DNA of 64,000 bases from an uncultured Chloroflexia bacterium (lineage in GTDB: Bacteria; Chloroflexota; Limnocylindria; QHBO01): NCBI GenBank assembly GCA_963825905.1, contig CAWGUL010000002.1, positions 40,574 to 104,573 of the forward strand. The letters run 5' to 3'. The position numbers were made by a program, and so were the translations under genes. Numbering within the stretch: the first letter of the stretch is position 1; every line of letters starts with the position of its first letter. This document shows, piece by piece, positions 58,591-64,000 of this stretch. The notes beneath the pieces are model-generated. The model ran no database searches. It saw only the letters and a list, made by a program, of their open reading frames with translations, and was not told the origin of the DNA.

Positions 58591-60855
58591 ATGACGTTCG
58601 ATCGCGTCCCGATCGTCGAGCACGCCCTCGACGCCGCGCTGGCGTCGCTCCCCGCGCCCGCGAGCCGGCTCGCGCCCGCCGATCCCGTCACGCCCTCCGC
58701 GACGCTCGCGGTGTCGACGGCGATCGGCCTGTTCGAAGACATGGTGCTGAGCCGCTCGCTTGACGTCGCCGCGCGCGAGCTCAAGAAGACGAACCGCAGC
58801 TTCTACACCATCGGCTCCGCCGGACACGAGGTGAACGCGGTGCTGGGCGCACAGCTGCGGCTCACCGACCCCGCGTTCCTCCATTACCGGTCGGGGGGGC
58901 TGATGATGGCCCGCGCGCGCCAGCTGCCCGGCTCGACGCCGGCGTTCGACGCGCTGCTCGGCATCGTGGCGTCGTCCGAGGATCCGATCTCCGGCGGGCG
59001 CCACAAGGTCTGGGGCAGCCGCGCGCTCTGGGTCCCGCCGCAGACGTCTACGATCGCGAGCCATCTGCCGAAGGCGACCGGGACGGCGTTCAGCCTGGCC
59101 CGCTCGCGCCGGATGGGCGTCGCGACCGACCTGCCGAGCGACGCGATCGTGGTCGCCTCGTTCGGCGACGCGAGCGCGAACCACGCCACCGCGCTGGCGG
59201 GCATCAACACCGCCCGTTACGCGGCGCGGCTCGGCCTGCCGTGCCCGATCCTCTTCGTCTGCGAGGACAACGGGATCGGGATCAGCGTGCCGACCCCGCC
59301 CGGCTGGATCGCGGAGAGCTTCGGGTCGCTCCCCCACCTGCGCTACCTCCTGGCCGACGGAGAGATCGACGAGGTCTGGGCAACCGCCGCCGAGGCGATC
59401 GGCCACGTCAGGCGCACCCGCCAGCCGGCATTCCTCCACCTCCCGACGATCCGCCTCTGGGGCCACGCGGGTTCGGACGCGGAGCAGGTGTATCGCACCG
59501 CCGCGGAGATCGCCGAGGTCGAGGGCCGTGATCCCATCGTCCGCACCGCGCGCCGGCTCATTTCGCTCGGTGCGGCGCGCCCCGAGGAGCTGCGGGCGAT
59601 CGTGGCCGACACCCGGGACCGCGTCGGGCGCGCGGCGGAGGAGGCGACGCGGCGGCCACGGCTCACGACGACAGCCGAGGTGGTGGCGCCGCTCGCGCCC
59701 TCGCACCCCGAGCGTGTTGCCGCGCGCGCCGCGGCCGGCAACCTGACGGCCCAGGCACGGCGCGAGCTGTTCGTCGATGCGCTGCCGGAAGCAGCGACGA
59801 ACCCGAACGCCAGGACCCTTGCCGGCTGCCTGAATGCCGCCCTGACCGACGAGATGGCCCGCCGGCCGGACCTGCTGCTCTTCGGCGAGGACGTCGCGCG
59901 CAAGGGCGGGGTCTACAACGTGACGAGCGGCCTCCAGCGCCGGTTCGGTGCCGCCCGCGTGTTCGACACGCTGCTGGACGAGACCTCGATCCTCGGCATC
60001 GCCCAGGGCGCGGCGCACCTCGGGCTCCTCCCCGTGCCGGAGATCCAGTACCTCGCCTACCTGCACAACGCCCTCGACCAGCTCCGCGGCGAGGCGGCCT
60101 CGCTCCAGTTCTTCAGCAGCGGCCAGTTCCGCAACCCGATGGTCGTGCGCGTCGCCGGGCTGGCGTACCAGAAGGGGTTCGGCGGCCATTTCCACAACGA
60201 CAACAGCATCGGTGCGCTGCGGGACATCCCGGGCCTGGTGCTGGCCGTGCCGGCCCGGGGCGATGACGCGGCCCGCATGCTGCGCGGCGCGGTCGCCATG
60301 GCGCAGGAGGACGGTCGGGTCGTGGTCTTCCTCGAGCCGATCGCCCTCTACCACGAGAAGGACCTGCATACCGATGGCGACGGCGGCTGGCTGACCACCT
60401 ATCCCTCGCCGCCGTCGACGCTCCTCCCCGGCGAGGTGGGCGTCTACGAGCCCGACGCGAGCGACCTGCTCATCGTCAGCTACGCGAACGGCCTCCGCCT
60501 CTCCCTCCAGGCGGCGCGTCGCCTCGCCGCGGAGCACGGGGTGCGCGCCCGTGTCATCGACGTGCGATGGCTGAACCCGCTGCCCGTCGAGGCGATTCGC
60601 GAGCACGCCGCCTCGTGCGGGGCGGTGCTTGTCGTCGACGAATGTCGCGCCACCGGAGCAGGGATCGCCGACGCGGTGATCGCGGACCTGGTCGAGCATG
60701 CCGGGCGGCGTGGCGGGATCGGCTCGGTCCGGGCGGTCGACTCGTTCGTGCCGCTCGGCACCGCCACGAGCGCCGTCCTCGTCGACACCGACCAGATCGT
60801 GGCCGCCGCGGTCGCGCTCGCCGGCGCGCGAGACCGCGCCGCCGCATTGGCATGA
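58591..60855 (+). CDS. fused alpha/beta E1 component of a 2-oxoacid dehydrogenase (thiamine-diphosphate enzyme)
   Basis: 754 aa; alpha-like half with ThDP motif FGDASANH...CEDNGIGIS; beta-like half FGEDVARKGGVYNVTSGL..FGAARVFDTLLDETSILGIAQG..PEIQYLAYL. No E2/E3 genes nearby. Confidence 0.85.
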   Translation: MTFDRVPIVEHALDAALASLPAPASRLAPADPVTPSATLAVSTAIGLFEDMVLSRSLDVAARELKKTNRSFYTIGSAGHEVNAVLGAQLRLTDPAFLHYRSGGLMMARARQLPGSTPAFDALLGIVASSEDPISGGRHKVWGSRALWVPPQTSTIASHLPKATGTAFSLARSRRMGVATDLPSDAIVVASFGDASANHATALAGINTARYAARLGLPCPILFVCEDNGIGISVPTPPGWIAESFGSLPHLRYLLADGEIDEVWATAAEAIGHVRRTRQPAFLHLPTIRLWGHAGSDAEQVYRTAAEIAEVEGRDPIVRTARRLISLGAARPEELRAIVADTRDRVGRAAEEATRRPRLTTTAEVVAPLAPSHPERVAARAAAGNLTAQARRELFVDALPEAATNPNARTLAGCLNAALTDEMARRPDLLLFGEDVARKGGVYNVTSGLQRRFGAARVFDTLLDETSILGIAQGAAHLGLLPVPEIQYLAYLHNALDQLRGEAASLQFFSSGQFRNPMVVRVAGLAYQKGFGGHFHNDNSIGALRDIPGLVLAVPARGDDAARMLRGAVAMAQEDGRVVVFLEPIALYHEKDLHTDGDGGWLTTYPSPPSTLLPGEVGVYEPDASDLLIVSYANGLRLSLQAARRLAAEHGVRARVIDVRWLNPLPVEAIREHAASCGAVLVVDECRATGAGIADAVIADLVEHAGRRGGIGSVRAVDSFVPLGTATSAVLVDTDQIVAAAVALAGARDRAAALA

Positions 60856-61868
60856 GGGCGACGCGCGGGATCCTCGTCCTCGCCGGCCGAGGCCCTGGTG
60901 CCACCGCCGGCCGCGGGACGCTTCCCGCGCATCACGACTGGGTCGAGCATACCGACGAGCTGCGGGCGGCCCTGAGCTTGCCCGGCCTCGCCGGGCTCGA
61001 TGTCGCTCCGTTCGACCCGGCGCTCCATCTCCAGCCGATCCATGCCCTGCCGCTGGCGTGGCTGTCCGGGATGCTCGACGCGGAGCGCGCGGCGCTCGAC
61101 CACGGCATCGCGGCGGTGCTCGGCAATGGCATCGGCTTCGTCACCGCCCTGACGGCGACGGGCGTGATCGGCTTCGACGACGGGTTCGCCTACGTCCAGG
61201 AGCTCGGGCGCCTTCAGCAGCGGCCGCTTCCGGGCGGCGGTCACGGCGGCCAGGTGATCTATCCCCGCACCGACGAGGCGTGGCGCCCGGACGCGGCGCT
61301 GGCGGCGAGCGTGGCGGCGACCATGACGGGCGCGGGCGGGAACGGGCGTGGCTCGGTCTACGAGAGCGTCGAGCTCGGTGCCTTCGACGTCCTCGCCGGC
61401 GACGACGCGGGGGTCGAGCGCCTGCTCCGCCACCTCGCCCCGGTCCGCGTCGGCGAGCGGCGCTATCCGCTGCGGCTGCCGCTCCAGGCGCCCGATCACA
61501 CCCCGCTCGCCGCGCACCTCGTGCCGGAGCTCGCCGCGCGGATGGCGCGCGCGGGATGGGAGCGCCCGCAGGTCACCCTGATCGACGGAACGGGGCGGCG
61601 CTGGACGCCGTGGTCCACCGATCCGGCGGCCCTCGCGGCCTACGCGCTCGGCCCGTTCCTGACGACCCCGTATCGCTTTGCCACCGCCCTTCGCGTCGGG
61701 CTGCGCGAGGAGGCGCCCGACCTGCTCGTTGTTGCCGGCGCCGGTACCGGGCTTGGTGCGCTGTGCGGCCAGGCGATCGTGGCCGAGGGATATCGGGGGA
61801 TCCGCACGCGCGCGGATTTCGAGCGCGCGCAGGCGAGCGATCCCATCGTCCTCAGCATTCGCCGCTGA
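60852..61868 (+). CDS. FabD-fold (acyltransferase-like) protein lacking the nucleophilic serine
   Basis: 338 aa, ATGA overlap with the E1 stop. Collinear with malonyl-CoA:ACP transacylase: [31 protein letters not shown] vs [44 protein letters not shown] vs [23 protein letters not shown] vs EVGPGKVLTGL. Confidence 0.7.
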   Translation: [338 protein letters not shown]

Positions 61869-61878
61869 CCGACCGGCC

Positions 61879-62835
61879 GTGCCGCCCGTCGTCCTGCGCC
61901 GCACCCGGGTCCCGCTGCCGCTCGACGCCGCCGGCGCGGACGCCGAAACGACGATCCCCCTCACGGTGACCCTCGACTTGCCACGGACGCTCAGCCCGGT
62001 TGCCCACGGGCACGGCGATCCGACGATCCGGATCGGCGCGCACGAGGCATGGCGCGCGTGGCGGACGACCGACGGCCCGGCCACGCTCCGCGTCCGCATC
62101 GGGGGCGGCGTGATGGAGGCACGTGGCTGGGGGCCGGGCGCCGCCGCGGCGGTGGAGGCCGCCGGCCGCCTCATCGGGCTCGCCGACGCGCCGGAGGCCT
62201 TCGTGCCGGCGAACCGGTTGCTCGCGGATCTCGTCCATCGGTTCCCGGGCCTCCGGCTGCCGGCCTCGGGGAGCGTGATGGGCGCCCTGGTGCCTGCCAT
62301 CCTCGAGCAGAAGGTCACCGGGATCGAGGCGCGCAGGACGTGGCGCGCCCTGCTCCGCGAGCACGGGGAGCCAGCGCCCGGGCCGGCTGGCGTGGCCGGC
62401 ATGCGCATCGTCCCCGACAACGATGTGCTGGCGCGGATCCCGTCGTTCACCTGGCATCGGCTCGGGATCGAGCGCCGTCGCGCCAGCCTCGTTGGCCGCG
62501 TGGCACGGCTCGGCGACCGCCTGGAGGCGGAGCCGCCCGAGCGCGCGACAGTGCGCCTGCGGGCCATCCCCGGCATCGGGCCGTGGACGATCGCCGAGGT
62601 CGCCCGGGTGGCATGGGGCGATCCCGACGCGGTCAGCGTGGGCGACTTCCATCTCCCCTCCCTCGTCGCCTGGGCGCTCGCCGGCGAGCCACGGGCCGAC
62701 GATGCGCGGATGCTCGAGCTGCTCGCACCGTTCGCCGGGCAGCGCGGTCGGGTGCAGCGGCTGCTCGAGGTGAGCGGCATCGGCATGCCACGTCGCGGGC
62801 CGCGCATGACCCCCGGCGACATCCGGGCGATCTAG
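61879..62835 (+). CDS. DNA-3-methyladenine glycosylase II (AlkA-like, HhH-GPD)
   Basis: 318 aa from GTG 61879; LRAIPGIGPWTIAEVARVAWGDPDAVSVGDFHL = HhH plus catalytic Asp region. The upstream part of the ORF-track entry overlaps the previous gene out of frame. Confidence 0.75.
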   Translation: MPPVVLRRTRVPLPLDAAGADAETTIPLTVTLDLPRTLSPVAHGHGDPTIRIGAHEAWRAWRTTDGPATLRVRIGGGVMEARGWGPGAAAAVEAAGRLIGLADAPEAFVPANRLLADLVHRFPGLRLPASGSVMGALVPAILEQKVTGIEARRTWRALLREHGEPAPGPAGVAGMRIVPDNDVLARIPSFTWHRLGIERRRASLVGRVARLGDRLEAEPPERATVRLRAIPGIGPWTIAEVARVAWGDPDAVSVGDFHLPSLVAWALAGEPRADDARMLELLAPFAGQRGRVQRLLEVSGIGMPRRGPRMTPGDIRAI

Positions 62836-62847
62836 ACGAGCAGACCG

Positions 62848-64000
62848 ATGCGCATCGCCCTGGCGACGGTCGGCACCACCGGCGACGCGCGGCCGTTCGG
62901 CGCGCTCGCCGCGACGCTCGTCGCGGCAGGCCACGAGGTGACGGCGATCTCGTGGGATCTCCATGCCGCCGACCTTTGCGGACAGCGGCGCGCGGTTCGT
63001 CGCCGCTGGCCCATCGACGACGGACGCGATGGTCCGCGCCACCGCCGTCGCCGCGGCCGCGGCCCGCACCCCGCTCGACCAGGTCGCGGTGCTGCGCGAC
63101 TTCCATCTCCGCGACGCGGTGCGCCACCACGGGGAGCTCCGAGCGGCCCTCCGCGGCCATGACGCGGCGGTCATCCACGGCATCCATGCGCTCGCCATCG
63201 CCGCGGCCCGCGACGAGGGGATCCGCTACGCCACGGCCGCCTTCGACCCGGTGCTGCTGCCGACCGCCACCGCGCCGCCCGCCGGCATGCCGTCGCTGGG
63301 GCCGCTGAATCGCGGCACGTGGTGGCTCCTCGACCGGATGCTTGCCCGTCACGATCGCGCGCTCGCCGAGGCGCTGCACGCGGCCGGCTCGGGCTCGGCC
63401 GGCCAGCACCTCTTTCGCGACCGATCGCCGCTGCTCCATCTCGTGGCGGCCTCACCCCTCCTGGCCCCACCGCCGCGGGACCTGCCACCCCACGTGGTGT
63501 TCACCGGCGCGTGGGTGCCCGCCTCGGCTCCGCGTCCGCTTCCCGACGAGGTCGACGCGTTCCTCGATGCCGGCGAACCGCCGATCCTCGTGACGTTCGG
63601 ATCGATGAGCACGGGCATCGACGCGGAACGCATCGCCCGCGCCGCGGCAAGCGCCGCCGGGCAGCGCGTGATCGTCCACGCCCCGGGCGCCACCGCGGCG
63701 GCCGAGCCGGACGCGCTCACCGTCACCGGCGAGGTCGACCACCGGGCACTGCTGCCGCGGGTCGCCGCCGTCATCCATCACGGCGGGGCGGGGACGACGC
63801 ACGCGGTCGTCGCCGCCGGGCGGCCGTCGGTGGTGGTGCCGCACGTCGGCGACCAGCGCTACTGGGCAGCGCGCCTCACCAGCCTCGGCGTTGCCCCGCG
63901 TCCGCTCGAGGTGAAGGGCCTCGAGCCTGCCGCGCTCGCCGAGCGCATCAGGGAGGCGACGGCGCCCGCGATGGTGGCTCGAGCCCGGGAGCTCGGTGCA
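62848..64000 (+). pseudogene. GT1-family (MGT/UDP-glycosyltransferase-type) glycosyltransferase, frame broken near 62974; 3' end beyond the window
   Basis: MRIALATVGTTGDARPFGALAATLVAAGHEVTAISWDLHAAD (62848..62973), then the next frame from 62975: FADSGARFVAAGP...VTFGSM...HHGGAGTTHAVVAAGRPSVVVPHVGDQRYWA, open to the window edge. The original frame stops at 63162. Confidence 0.8.

Noticed and set aside
58417-62822. 760-aa and 780-aa minus-strand ORFs (58417..60699, 60480..62822)
   Set aside because: They are antisense to the E1, FabD-fold and AlkA-like genes and have no recognisable motifs and an Arg/Gly/Pro-rich composition. The plus-strand genes carry the family signatures and the GC3 signal.

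Overview
This is a very GC-rich (by eye 70% or more), gene-dense chromosomal segment. I found no rRNA, tRNA, CRISPR array, transposase, integrase or phage genes. The gene content and promoter style point to an Actinomycetota-type genome (inference only): MshC-like cysteine ligase, luciferase-like (F420-type) oxidoreductase, dodecin, LAL-type LuxR regulator, split isobutyryl-CoA-mutase-type B12 enzyme, and many leaderless-style starts.

I support about 65 protein genes:
- acyl-CoA metabolism: hbd, two ACADs, MeaB, and B12 mutase small and large subunits 21 kb apart
- pterin genes: folE and PCD
- three ABC importers: OpuC-type osmoprotectant, Opp/Dpp-type peptide, Pot-type polyamine
- a GDH-fold protein, a 5'-3' exonuclease, AlkA-like glycosylase, S9 peptidase, rhomboid protease and FTR1 iron permease
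- several membrane or secreted proteins of unknown function

Most of the very long ORFs in the six-frame track are GC-driven artefacts antisense to, or out of frame with, the real genes.

Observations most worth a second look:
1. An operon of a di-heme ferric-reductase-domain protein, two Ala-rich anchored proteins and ApbE. It has no normal FMN-binding substrate, but the protein just upstream of ApbE ends in a TGAS flavinylation-like motif.
2. A fused E1 alpha/beta thiamine-diphosphate enzyme translationally coupled to a FabD-fold protein whose nucleophile Ser is replaced (GNGIG).
3. An RGG-repeat ORF plus a protein combining a ribbon-helix-helix-like N-terminus, an AT-hook and a HARE-HTH-like C-terminus; the two may be one gene.
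4. A detached CysRS C-terminal domain fused to a GT2 glycosyltransferase, while the CysRS/MshC-like ligase in the window lacks that domain.
5. A GDH-fold protein lacking two signature lysines.
6. A GATAAGC direct repeat phased at 11 bp, present at three intergenic loci.
7. Seven genes whose reading frame is broken by single-base indels at short C/G runs. These are probably assembly errors but need checking.
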